Assembly: GCF_006345805.1 (NCBI RefSeq)
Contig: NC_042998.1
Span: 134,230,001-134,294,000 of the forward strand
DNA: 64,000 nt
Direction of reading: 5' to 3'
Source: Octopus sinensis
Taxonomy: Eukaryota
Positions within the stretch are counted from its first letter, which is position 1; the number at the start of each line of letters is the position of its first letter. Of this stretch, positions 26,224 to 38,400 are shown piece after piece. Under the pieces are notes generated by a model that worked only from the letters and a program-made list of their open reading frames with translations, was not told where the DNA came from and did not search any database. Both the position numbers and the translations under genes were made by a program.

Positions 26224-29200
26224 TATCTTACTAATGTCTCCTCATAAGTCACCCTTGTGGCAAATAAAGAAACAGTGATTATTATTAGTGGTAATAGTAT
26301 TGTTGTTTGCACAATAAAAAAGAAAAACAAAAATGACTGGTCATCTTGATTATGAGATTTGTCATCGAATAACAAATATATCTAAATAAACCAACTAACA
26401 AGCTTGGTACTACCAACAATAATAAACATGGTTACCAGCTAATAAGATACCTGTCATGCAGTAAATTGACCTGTTAGAAATAATAGCAAAGCCCTACAGT
26501 CTTCACCTTACAGTCTTCAATAAAGGAAGGACACATTTGAGAAAAAAAAATTATGTGAGTGCTCATAATTGGAATGCTTTTAATTAATTGATTTGAGGTT
26601 CATGGAAACTTGAGAAACTACAATAACAATAGTTTCAACTAGTACTTGTCAGTCAAGAAACCATTTAGTTTAAATGAGATTCCTCCTCAACACATTTTAA
26701 ATATGGCTAATTCTTGATGCAATGTTGCATACAGAGAATTATGCATAAATATACATGCAAATATTTCACACTCACATATGTATACATAGGGATATATATG
26801 TATAAGTGTATGTATGTGTCATAATTTACATGTACCATAAAAGTGTCTCAGTTAGGAAGTTGGGCATTTCAAACAAATCCTATACATTATGAAAAGGCTC
26901 TGCAAAGGCAGTCTGTCTAGGAGAACAGTGATTCTAAATAAAACTGATAGCATGTAGCTGCAGATTCCTGAGGATTTGCAGTTGTGGAGTTTCTTTAGGG
27001 TGGCACTGACTTTTTTGAGAGTGACAGGATCAAATCTACACATGTTGGTTGTGGTTGTATCTACAGTAATGGTTAGGCTGAGATTGACTGGGACAGGTGG
27101 GTAACGAAGAAGGCTGAAGTGCTCCTGTCACCTCATAGCTATCTATCACATGCTGGTATGGACATATCCTACATCCCCCACTAAATCATCCTACCAGGGC
27201 TTTATTCTCATTTAACATGGCTGCTGCAGGCTGGAATATTGGGGAAAATCTCCAGAGGCTCAATGTCACCTTGGAGGATGCAGAGGGACTGACATGGGAT
27301 TGCTAGCAATGGAGAGCACTGGTAGGCTTAATTGGATCTATGCATAACGATGTCTCTGAGATCGCTAACCTGGGATGACCCCAGCCTCATCAAGCAAGAG
27401 TATGAAGTAAGCAAAGAAGCAAGCAGCAAGCATGTAGGTGGAACACTTTAATCCTGACAGACAACCGCTCTGGTATTGATGGTTTGATTGAATTCACTCA
27501 ATTTTTGCTTAAAAGTGATTGGTGATAGAGAAAAGAAAAATGTGCTGGAAATGTGACAGTCAGTGTCATATATAGAAAAGAATGTGTGATATCTACTTGC
27601 ATGAATGTACAAATGAGATGAAAAAACACTGGCTATTGTAGGCATTAGTTGATTTCATAAATATAAACATGTAATGTGGCATGGACATAGCTTAGTTTTA
27701 AAATCTATGTATCAACTGTGGATGACTTAGAAACTACATGTAAGAAAAAGTTGCATGTGAGAATGTTGGTTTTCACAGATGAGATGATGAAGTTTTGAGA
27801 AGAATGGTAATATGCAAATACTACAGATCCAGCAAGCACATCCCAGCATGGAAGAATACAAACATTAAAGCAATGATATGGATGTTTATTCATCTATGTT
27901 TCCATACTAATATGATTATGTGTTCTAATTTGACTACAGCCACAAGTTACCATCCCTTGTACAAGTAACATAACTCTACTTGCATCAGCTTTCTTTCTTG
28001 ACTGACAGAATATGTTTCACTTCTGTTCCAGCATTAATTGATTTGTGCAATGAAAAGCAATCCATGAAAATCTATCCCTCCCATGCTAGCTTAGAAAAAT
28101 GGATGAAAAACAATGAAACAATTTTTATGCACAAAAGCCCACATTAGTTTATGTATATAATGCATACATATATTCATCATCATCGTCATGCATCTGTTTT
28201 CCATGCTGAAAGCATTTGTGTCATCTGGTACACTGAGTAATAGAGAAATTTGTTAACTTTGTTGTTATCTATGTGTTTCAGTGTGCACTAGATGCATTTT
28301 ATTGTGCCACTAGCTCTGGAGAGCTAGTCTGCAGCTAAATTAGTCCTTTTCACCCTCCTAGACAGGTAACCTGTAATGTGACATGCAGAGTCCATGTCTC
28401 GTTCATGCAGATCATTTTAGGGAGTTGTAACCTCTACAACTGGATGCTCTTCTTATCACCAAACACACTGTACCATGTACCCAGTACATTTTATGGTCAT
28501 CAGTGCTTGAGACTTTGTCTCTAAAGAGTTCTACTTTGTATTAGTTGTTTTTATTTAGAGGTACCACTCCTTTAGATCGGTAGTCTGTAGTTTGGCTTTC
28601 AGAGTTTACATTTAATCAAATATTAAGTCAAATATACATGCAGCTGTGTATATGTAAATACAAAAACATTGCAAAATAAATGATTGTGCAGATGTCTCTT
28701 TAAGTGCCAAGTGGTTTTTGAGGGCTGATACTGATACTTAGCTCAAGCCTCTTAGTATTAAATAGACAGAAAACGTTTTCTAGATGACGTGCTAGCTGTT
28801 TTGGACAGCTGGGTGAACTAGAGCAATGTAAAGAAGTGTGTGTATGTATGTGTGTGTGTGTGTGCATATGTAACTAAGGTAAGTAATTGCATGTTTTGCC
28901 ATGTGCACAACCCAGTGACTGTAGTAGCAAACATGTCCAGTACTTTAAACTTGTAGCCATTGTACCGTCTACCTAGCTCACAGTTATTATTTATTCATAA
29001 ATTCAGTTATTTGTCATCATTAATAATGTCAGCCTTGTTATTGAAGCTGTATCTAAGTTACAATCGCTCTCTCTGTTTGTATACCCATCTGTGTGTTTTT
29101 GATCCTTTGCCACCAGTTGCTACTAGAAACAAGCCATTGGTATCGTCATTATTAACTTTGAAACAATATTTTTCTTCTCTCTTTCTCTCCATCTTTATTT

Positions 29201-29233
29201 ATCGATAGAATGGCTACACTGATGATTTCTTAA

Positions 29234-32200
29234 TCTCTTATGATAAAAGGCAGATTTTCTCTGCCTGTTTCCATGTTCTTTTTTAATACAATTCTACAAT
29301 ATAGAATTTCTTCAATTGGAATTTACCTATGATTTTTCCAAGTAGATTCGATTGGGTCATGGCATAAAAAGTTTTTTTCAATTTGACCCCCAATTTAGCA
29401 AAAATTCGAGAAAACTCAATATTTTACGATTTCCCTCTCTTTTTTCAAGTGGTTTACTCCTGCTATTACTTCTCCTACTTTCTCTTTGCAAGTGTGAAAG
29501 TATTATATAACAGGGATGAGCCATTAATACTGGTCATCCTTTTTGTTAGAGGAAGATCCGCTATGGTCTTATATGCTACACCACTGGTTTTCAATTCATA
29601 TTAATCAAATTAATATTCAATTTTTCACCCTTATTATGTGTGTGTGTGTATTAGCAATTCGTATAAAATTGCATCAATGACTTGAACTTGAATAAGTGGT
29701 TTCACATAAATGGGGATAAATTAAAAAGGTTTGTTGTTATTATTATTGTTTGACAATTGTAATCACATTTGTTGGTTCCTCATCAGGGAAACGTTGTTGT
29801 GTTGCATTTGTTAAATAATTGTAAACCGTAACCCTCCCCCTTTAGGAGAAGGGGCTTTGGTTATTGTTTAAAAATTGAATTCTCTGTTTGGGAAAATTGA
29901 CAATATTTTCACCGTCTTTACGGAAGCATTTTTGTTAAAATGCCTTCGATAGAAGAAAGTCCAAAAATGAATTTCGCTGCAGCCGTACACTTCTATACAA
30001 GAGGGAGGACAAGATCCAATTAATCGAAATTGCAAGAGACGGGCCTACAATTCCAGTCTGGTATATATTTTGAGTATTGTTATCACTAGCGATATCAAGA
30101 TATAACTTTGTATTTTGTATTTTATGTGTAGATGTATATATATATATATAGATGTACATGTAATATGTACACATATATATATACACATATATACATGCAT
30201 AATATATCTACCCATACACACATACGCACACACACACACATACATAGGGGCAGGTGTGGCTGTGTGGTAACAAACTACGTTTGAAGATACTGTACTTGAT
30301 ATGGGCGGTAGTGCCTTGCCAGTCTATGGCCTACCTTCAACAAACCAGGAAGGCACAAACACTCTGTCTTCACATTTGCTGCGTGAGACATGTTTTAATG
30401 TTGACGAGCTTGCCGAGTACATAGCCGACAATGAGCCAAAGTTCCTTCCAGAACAGAAGTTCGCTTACAACTCCGTTGTTAATTCAGTTTGGGCCAAAGC
30501 TGGGGGGATTTTTTTCCTGGACGCTCCTGGGGGCACTGGGAAAACTTTTGTCAACAAATTAATATTGGCTGAGATTAGGCGAACACAAGACATTGCCCTA
30601 GCTGTGGCATCATCTGGAATTGCGGCTACTTTGTTGCCAGGTGGCAGGACAGCTCACTCCACTTTCAAGCTCCCGCTTGACTTAGCAAAGACTGAGACAT
30701 CAACTTGCAACATCAGTAACAGCTCCGATCAGGCAGAAGTCTTCAGACGATGCAAGCTTATCGTTTGGGATGAATGCACGATGGCCCACAGAGGTGCTCT
30801 TGAGGCACTAGATAGATCTCTCAGAGACATCAAACACTCTTCAGCTCCCATGGGAGGCATAACACTTCTTCTTTCAGGGGACTTCCGACAAACACTTCCC
30901 GTTATTCCCAAAGGGACTAGAGCTGATGCAGTAAGTGCGTGTCTTAAGTCATCCACATTGTGGCCACTGGTGAAGACTCTCAAACTTCACACCAATATGC
31001 GTGCTCATATGCGACGTGATATCACATCAGCAGCATTTTCTCACACCCTCCTTGCACTTGGCGAAGGCAAAATACCAGGGGATGAAAATGGTAATATTGC
31101 CATCGATTCCATTTGTACCATTGTTAAAATGCCTTCTGATCTCAGAGATGCAGTGTTCCCAGATCTACAAGCTAATTATCAGAATATGGATTGGATTGGC
31201 CAAAGGGCTATTCTGGCCCCGAGGAATAAAACTGTTCACCATATTAATGATGAAATGCTAAAACTCATTCTTGGGGATGTCTATATATATATATAAGTCT
31301 ATCGATACAACTCCTGACCCAGAGGACATCATCAACTATCCAATAGAGGTACTCAATTCCTTTGAGCCCCCTGGACTACCACCACACATTCTCAAACTTA
31401 AAGTTGGTGCCCCTATAGTGCTCATTAGAAATTTGGTTCCCCCAAAACAATGCAATGGCACATGTTTGATCGTTAAGTCCTTATCTCCCAATCTGACTGA
31501 GGCCACCATTATCACAGGGGGCAGTCGAGGCAACGTTGTGCTCATACCTAGGATGCATCTTTTCCCATCAGGAGCAGACCTACCTTTCATATTTCGCCCA
31601 GTTCCCAGTAAGGCTATGTTTCGCAATGTCAATTAACAAAGCGCAGGGTCAAACACTGTCTGTGGCGGGAATACATTTGCGAGAGCCATGTTTCTCTCAT
31701 GGTCAGCTTTATGTTGCCTGCTCGCAACGAAAAACAAAAAACATTGTGTACAAGGAGGTTTTATAGGAATACTACGTTTCATCATTTTCGAACACGTTAG
31801 TATTTCACTTACATACGACTCTCTTTTATGATGGCATTTACATTTTTAGGCGTTTTATGACATCAATTCACACTTAACCAACACCTGTCCTTCGCTCACC
31901 TCTATTTCTATCCATTCATCATCAAACCACCAGCCTCATCTTCTATATCCAATGTACATGACACATCTACCCCCTACATCTACACTCTCACTGTTAAAGT
32001 TTACATAAGCGACAACACGATCGCAACATACACTTTGGAAACTAAGCAACAGATCATTTTATACAACAACAAATTTAATCATAACGCCCATCAATGAAAA
32101 CATCTCTACCACTGTGTTGTGATTCATCGATTCAGCACCACTACAGTCTTGCTGGTCTGACATATGGTGAGTAGATGCTATTGTTCTATATTTTATAAAT

Positions 32201-32607
32201 TACCCATATTTACTTACCCATGCTTCATTCCCCTCTTGCCTACATAGGGCATCCATTCTCTTTTAACACAGCATGAAGTTTTGTAACAGCACATCCGCTG
32301 CCGTTCGTGGAAAACGAAGAGACCCTATTCACCTGCGAACGTTTTACACTGCCTTCCACGACTATCAAATTCTTACAATTATGAGAACAATAACATGGCT
32401 CTTTTCAAGGCAACCTTGCATTCAATTCTTAAACCATTCTACGAGGGAGTAGGAACCCCTTTACACGGCTTTCTATACACTTACAAATACATTCATTCGC
32501 CGTAAACTTATATCAATATTTGCCTGAATAATCATCATAATTCAGTGCAATCGTTAATAGTACTTTCAAGCAATTCAGCCCCGAGCATCGCCGGGCAATT
32601 CTGCTAG
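29234..32607 (+). mobile_element. Helitron, internally deleted (helicase retained, Rep domain absent)
   Basis: 5' A|TCTCTTATGATAAAAGGCAG; 3' hairpin CCCGAGCATCGCCGGG followed by CTAG|T. Termini resemble those of the small Helitron at 53170-53552. Contains a Pif1 ORF. The 5' end is less certain than the 3' end. Confidence 0.8.
30280..31766 (+). pseudogene. Helitron Pif1-family helicase (C-terminal part of RepHel), frameshifted
   Basis: FFLDAPGGTGKT (Walker A), [76 protein letters not shown], spread over three ORFs (30301-31296, 31271-31636, 31536-31766). Confidence 0.95.
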
Positions 32608-32829
32608 TGTAAAGATAAACTGAAGGAAACCTTAGATGCTATGCAGCAGAAGTCAACTTTTGAACCACTTAGTCATATTTTGAAACAGCTGATGCATTCC
32701 AAACATCAGTTTCTCACATCCTCTATTGCTCAAGCAAAAAATATTTTATTTTGGTTGGGTCAGTCTATTACTACTTTGAGTTTTGCCTGTGGGTACACAG
32801 ATTTTTTTGGCAAGTTACAAAAACCTCAG

Positions 32830-33290
32830 TCTCAAATTGTAGAAGGAACATGTGGATAGGATAGACCCAGGAAGATATGGGGCAAAGTATTGTGAAAGGA
32901 ACTACAGATGTTGGAACTCACAAGAGGGGATGACAGGGATCGAAGCTCCTGGCAATTTGCTGTGCTTGAAATGATACGTCAAGCTAAGTAAAAGTATGAT
33001 TGTCCTTGCATACTTCTCCAGCTTCCTTGCATGTTCTTGCATCCTTCTCTGGCTGAGCATTCCTAATCTTGCAGGTTTGTGGGTGCTGGTGCCACATATA
33101 AAACACCCATGCTGATGCTGAATAAAAGCACCCTGTACACTTTGTGAAGTGGTTGACATTAGGAAGGGCATGCAGCCATAGAAGCCATGCCAAAATAGAC
33201 ATGGAGCCTGGGCAGCTCTTCAGATGGCCAGCTCCTGTCAAACCATCCAACCCATGCCAGCATGCAAAACAGATATTAAATGATGATAAG
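32830..33290 (+). mobile_element. Degenerate RTE LINE 3' end (ORF C-terminus plus 3' UTR)
   Basis: VEGTCG...RPRKIW-like sequence, then AGGAAGGGCATGCAGCCATAG...CCATGCCAGCATG and an ATGATGAT tail. Confidence 0.7.
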
Positions 33291-33951
33291 AGGTAGTGTA
33301 TTTCAGCAGAAATTTGGTAACAAAGGGCTAATCTCACCATAACAACACTAAAATTTTTCCTGCTCTTCCATTTTGTTACTTTAATGTATTCCATTTAGTG
33401 ATATGATTTATAGTGCACATGTAACTTCTAAAATTTTTCTTTTTAAATATGACTTTGAATCTTGTAGTTCTGACACTACATATAATACCTCAAAGAAATC
33501 AATTTTTTAAAATCTAATACAAATATACACATGCATGTAACAAGAATGAATATGTGAGTTACATTAGCTCTTAGTGTCCATTCTTTTGCAATAATCTATA
33601 TTTAAACTCAAATGTTTATCTAAGATAAATATTTCAGTTTAATGCAGTTCAAATTAACTGAAAATATACACACACGTATATGATATATGTAAATATGAAC
33701 CTGTAGCTAGTCCTTTGTATTAATTTTTAAATATTCCGTATACTTGTCTTCCAATTATTCCTTATACTTGTCTTCCAATTCCACACTCACCATCATCAAT
33801 CTGAAATATCAGCTTCCAACTTATGTTGCCAATAGCAACAACTGCTCAATTTTTGTGCCACACCCAAATTTTGATTGTTTTTAAAAGAATTTAGTCTGAT
33901 AATTCAGGGTGGGATCACCAGGGAATCCTCTCACAGTTGTGACCAATTCAA

Positions 33952-34591
33952 CCCTTTAGTATTCAAAATCGCTGATGTGGCCGATGACAGTGCCACCTGA
34001 TTGGCACTCGTGCCAGTGGAGCGTTAAAAACATGTCCGAGCGTGATCATTGCCAGGGCCACAGTTTGGCTCCTGTGCCGGTGACACGTGAAAAGCACCAT
34101 GCTAGCGTCACCTTACCGGCACATGTGCCAGAGGCACGTAAAAAACAACATTCAAGCGTAGTTGTTGCCAGTGCCGCTGGATGGCTCCCATGCAGGTAGC
34201 GCGTAAAAAACACCTTTTGACTGTGGTATTTGCCAGAAGCACCTGACTGACCCTCGTGCCGGTGGCATGTAAAAGCACCCACTACACTCTCAGAGTGGTT
34301 AGCGTTGGGGAGGGCATCCAGCTGTAGAAGCATTGCCAGATCAGATTGGTGCCTGATGCAGCCTTCTGGCTCACCAGTCCTCAGTCAGACCGTCCAATCC
34401 ATGCCAGCATGGAAAGCGGACGTTAAAACGATGATGATGATGATTGCTCTGTCAAATGTTTATTATTTATTCACAGTGTTTTGATGGATTATCTTGTAGC
34501 TTTGAGGTTTCAATGATGTGACTGTATTTTTAGAATGATATTGTAGGGTTGGTGTGAGAGGCTGGATCTGGCCAGTTTAAATGCCAATGGG
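33952..34591. mobile_element. piggyBac-type MITE (CCCTTTAG...GGG ends, degenerate TTAA) interrupted by an RTE 3' end
   Basis: Flanks are collinear with the uninterrupted copy at about 60393-60614. Confidence 0.65.
33970..34444 (+). mobile_element. 5'-truncated RTE 3' UTR with about five internal repeat modules
   Basis: Repeated GTGCCGGTGGCACGTAAAAAGCACC-like motifs; terminal GGAAAGCGGACGTTAAAACGATGATGATG. Confidence 0.85.
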
Positions 34592-34750
34592 TGAATAGGC
34601 ATGGCTGTGTGGTTGAGAAGTTTGCTTCCTAATCACATGGTTTTGGGTTCAGTCCCACTGTGTGACACCATGGGTAAGCATTTTCTCCTATAACCCTGGG
34701 CCAAACAAAGACCAGTGAACAGATTTGGTGGACAGAAACTGAAAGGAACC

Positions 34751-34935
34751 CATCATCATCATTGTCATCATTAAATAGCCGTTTTCTATGCTGGCATGGG
34801 TTGGATGGTTTTGACAGGAGATAGCAAGGCTGGAGAGCTGCACCAGGCTTTCTTGTCTGCTTTGACATGGTTTCTGTGACTGGATGGCTTTCCTAATGCC
34901 AACCACTTCATGGAGTGTACAGGATGCTTTATGTG
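34751..34935 (-). mobile_element. RTE 3'-end copy nested in the SINE at 34597-35120
   Basis: (CAT)n, then ATGCTGGCATGGGTTGGATGG...CCTAATGCCAACCACT; SINE sequence resumes at about 34940. Confidence 0.7.
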
Positions 34936-35229
34936 TGCGTTTTCAAGCAGTGTCCTTTGTTTCCAAACTTCTGTGAAAATATATCTGGTCATGGGGAAAT
35001 ATTGCCTTACCTGGAAACAGGTGATGGGCATCTGGCTAGAGAAAATCTGCCTCAATAAACTGTGTCTGACTCGTGCAAACCTGGAAAAGCAAGCATTAAA
35101 ATGATGAGGATGAGATGATGATAAATCGCTCAAAGTTCTATTTCTCAGGCTTCACATTTAATTGGTTATTGTTAGAGTGTGTATAGCTTGGTATGCAACT
35201 ATTTGGGTGACACATCCATGTTTATTGTA

Positions 35230-35493
35230 GTATCGGCCGTTTATTGCTGCATTGGCACGTAAAAAGCACCATCCGACCGTGGCCGTTGCCAGCTTCGTCT
35301 GGTCTCTGTGCCGGTGGCACATAAAAAGCACCCACTACACTCACGGAGCGGTTGGCGTTAGGAAGGGCATCCAGCTGAAGAAACACTGCCAGATCAGACT
35401 GGGCCTGGTGCAGCCTTCTGGCTTCCCAGACCCCAGCTGAACCGTCCAACCCATGCTAGCATGGAAAGCGGACGTTAAACGATGATGATGATA
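35230..35493 (+). mobile_element. Young 5'-truncated RTE 3' UTR copy
   Basis: Close reverse-complement match to 24026-24260; (GAT)n tail. Further copies at 23570-23720, 40890-41135, 59330-59670. Confidence 0.85.
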
Positions 35494-38400
35494 CTTACAT
35501 AATTTCAGTATGATATGTGTTGATTTACTTTTTCTTTATGATTAAGTTAGACAAACTCTAAGCACCCATTTTGTAGTAGTTAATACTTTAATTTGGATAT
35601 TTACCTCAGATTAAGGTAGTATTTCTGTTAAAAGTAATTCAGACAAACTAGTATCAAACTAGATGTAGCATGTACAGGCAGTCCTTATTTAATGTTTTTC
35701 TTTTTTTTTTTTATATCTCATGTCATTTTGTTGAGAAATAAGACCAAATACTGAAAAAATAAAAATTTGTATAATTTTAATTTTACAATATTTTATTTTA
35801 TTTATTTTTATTTTTTTCTTGTAATGTTTCATTTTCCAGTGTAGAAAAATAAAAATAACAACAACAATAAAGAATAAGAATACGAAGCATTTCAGCTTCT
35901 TTTATCGTCATCTTCCCCACTTTGTCATTAAGATACAATGTCTGCTGGCTACTTCATGGTGATGCAAGTGTTTCAAAGTATAACAATATTTAGAATATGG
36001 AATAAACAATGAAAATATTGATTGAAATTGTATTTAACCAATAGAAATTAAAATTCTTGTAAGAACAGGGTCTGCTTGAAGTGTATTAAAAGTATTCAAT
36101 GTACTGAGCACAAAATGTTTCCTTTCCAATTTTCCGCTCATCAGTTGCTTTTCTGCTGGCCTTTTTAGACATAATTTTGAATGGAAATTATTTAAAAAAT
36201 TGGGACAAATAAATTTTAAAATGCAAAGAGAGGTAAAGCTTGCTGCAAGAAAGTGGATATGGTGGAAACTCTTGGTCTGATCTCAATGCTTGTCATAAAG
36301 TGAACTCTATTAAAGGTACTCAAGAACCAGATAATAGTGTTAAACTAAGTGGTGTGTTTTAGATCTACCTCACAAAACTTAATTTCTGTTGTGTTAAATA
36401 GCAAAGGGTTAAATCTCTGACAGATGACAATCCTGGGTTTATTGTACTTCATAATTTAGTGAAACAGATTCTTTGGTACTAGTCTGTCACCAGACACTTT
36501 TACAGAAATTATTTAACCTTGGAGCAGCTCTAATCAAGGAGACCTATAGCCAAAGCCAAACTAGCATGAATTGCATTATCCAATATGGCCTTCCTTTTTA
36601 AGATGCTATGATTTTGAAGACAATTTCTTAAGGTCAAGTGATCACACTGAGATTCTCTCATTGGTTCATATCTGTTCTTTGACTAAACCAAAATATGTAG
36701 AAACAGAATTAATTACCTGTAGTAGGATAATAAATCAAGTCACAGTGAGTTACTAAATATCAGTAGGCTATAACATCATCATCATCATCATCATCGTTTA
36801 ACGTCATATTAGTAACATAGCTAAAATCCCACAACAGTAACTTTCACATGACTTTAACACTCTCCTTTAATTCTGTCAATGAAATAGTCACGCAATCTTA
36901 TTTCTCCTCCCTAATAAATCAAATGAAAATATAGATTGCCAAAGATATGATCCCAAACAACCAATCAAGAAATTTACAGTTTATATCATGTCGCAAGTAC
37001 TTAGTTGTATCAATGAACAAAACACTTGTCAGATGACCCAGTGAACAACCGTAAATATGTATTTGTAGAGTCAGAATAAATTACCAGTGTAAACAACACT
37101 AATATTTCTTAGTGTTGAGGCCAGTAAGTTTCAGGGATGTATTCTGTCAAGTTGATTTGTTCTCTCTATACATATATAACATTAAGAACAAAGTATTTAT
37201 TGATACCAATAATACCCAATAATTTATGAGACTAAAGATAAACTAATTATGTCTATGTGAGAGAAAAAGCCCTTACTTTTCTGTCTCTTTGTTGGGTAGT
37301 TAATGGATATTTTTTTCATTTATTGTATTACCGATATTTAGCTGAGGTTGCATATTCTCTTTTAATTAGCAAGACAGATCTAGGATTTGACCAGTTTCCA
37401 TTATAAAACAAGTTGAATGCTACTGAAATATTATTTGCATAGCTTCATAGTCATTATCATTAATCATTTGTATCTATTAATTAATGACTTTAGTGGGCTT
37501 TTTTTTGTTTGTTTTTCCTTCTTTTATAATCTTCCATTACTTCCCAGCTCAGCAACTTCAGAACAGATGATATTGTCTGAACAGAACGATTTGTCAGCTT
37601 ATTTTTAATTTGTATTTTTTTTTTTCGTTTTCATTTACTTATTCATTTTTACTGTTGTCTTGGAAATGCTTGTGCCAAATCATCTGTTATGGCAGCAACA
37701 AGTAGTTATTTTTTGTTCTTTTTATTTATTCATTTTGGAATACAAAACTTTCAGTTCTATCCGTCAAGTAATTCTCATAATTAATGCATGTAAAATTAGT
37801 TAAGTGGATGAAGCATTGGGTTATCAACCCATATGTATTGAGTTCATATCTCTGTTGAAGATTTTATGGTATTTTTGTAGGAAGGTCACTTAATTTTCCA
37901 TACTACAGTTCATTTTTTTTTTTAGAGTATATTCTTCAGTAGACTAGCATCTTATTCAGCTTGGAGTTAATTCAATGACTACATCTGTTCAGTGACTTAA
38001 CACTGGTTATAAACACTGTTGCCTTTCATGTGCACATGCACACACATGCATGTACACACACACGCGCAGACACGTTCAAAATGCATCAAGGTGTATTTAT
38101 GCCTCAAACTGGTTTTTGATTCAGTTTGTTACACAGGTGGCAGGATAAAATATGTAGGAGAGGGCATGAGTGATAGATGAATGGGTACAAAGAGGGCAAT
38201 GATGATTGAGAGACCCAACGTAGTTATATTCTGCATCCAAACTAGCATCAATACCACATTTTAATGGCTGAATGGCTGTTTAACCTTGTTTGCAACTGTG
38301 GAACATGTCTCCTCTGGTCCTGCATGTCACCACCCATTGTGGCCTATTGTTATATTTATATTTCATGAGATTAGTTTTTGAAATCAGTTTTCACCACTTT

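Noticed and set aside
26850-27900. GC-richer segment resembling an old RTE 5' region joined to a decayed 3' end (similar decayed LINE-like stretches at 11450-11900 and 38270-39000)
   Set aside because: Probably LINE-derived, but no reliable frame or boundaries could be fixed without alignment.
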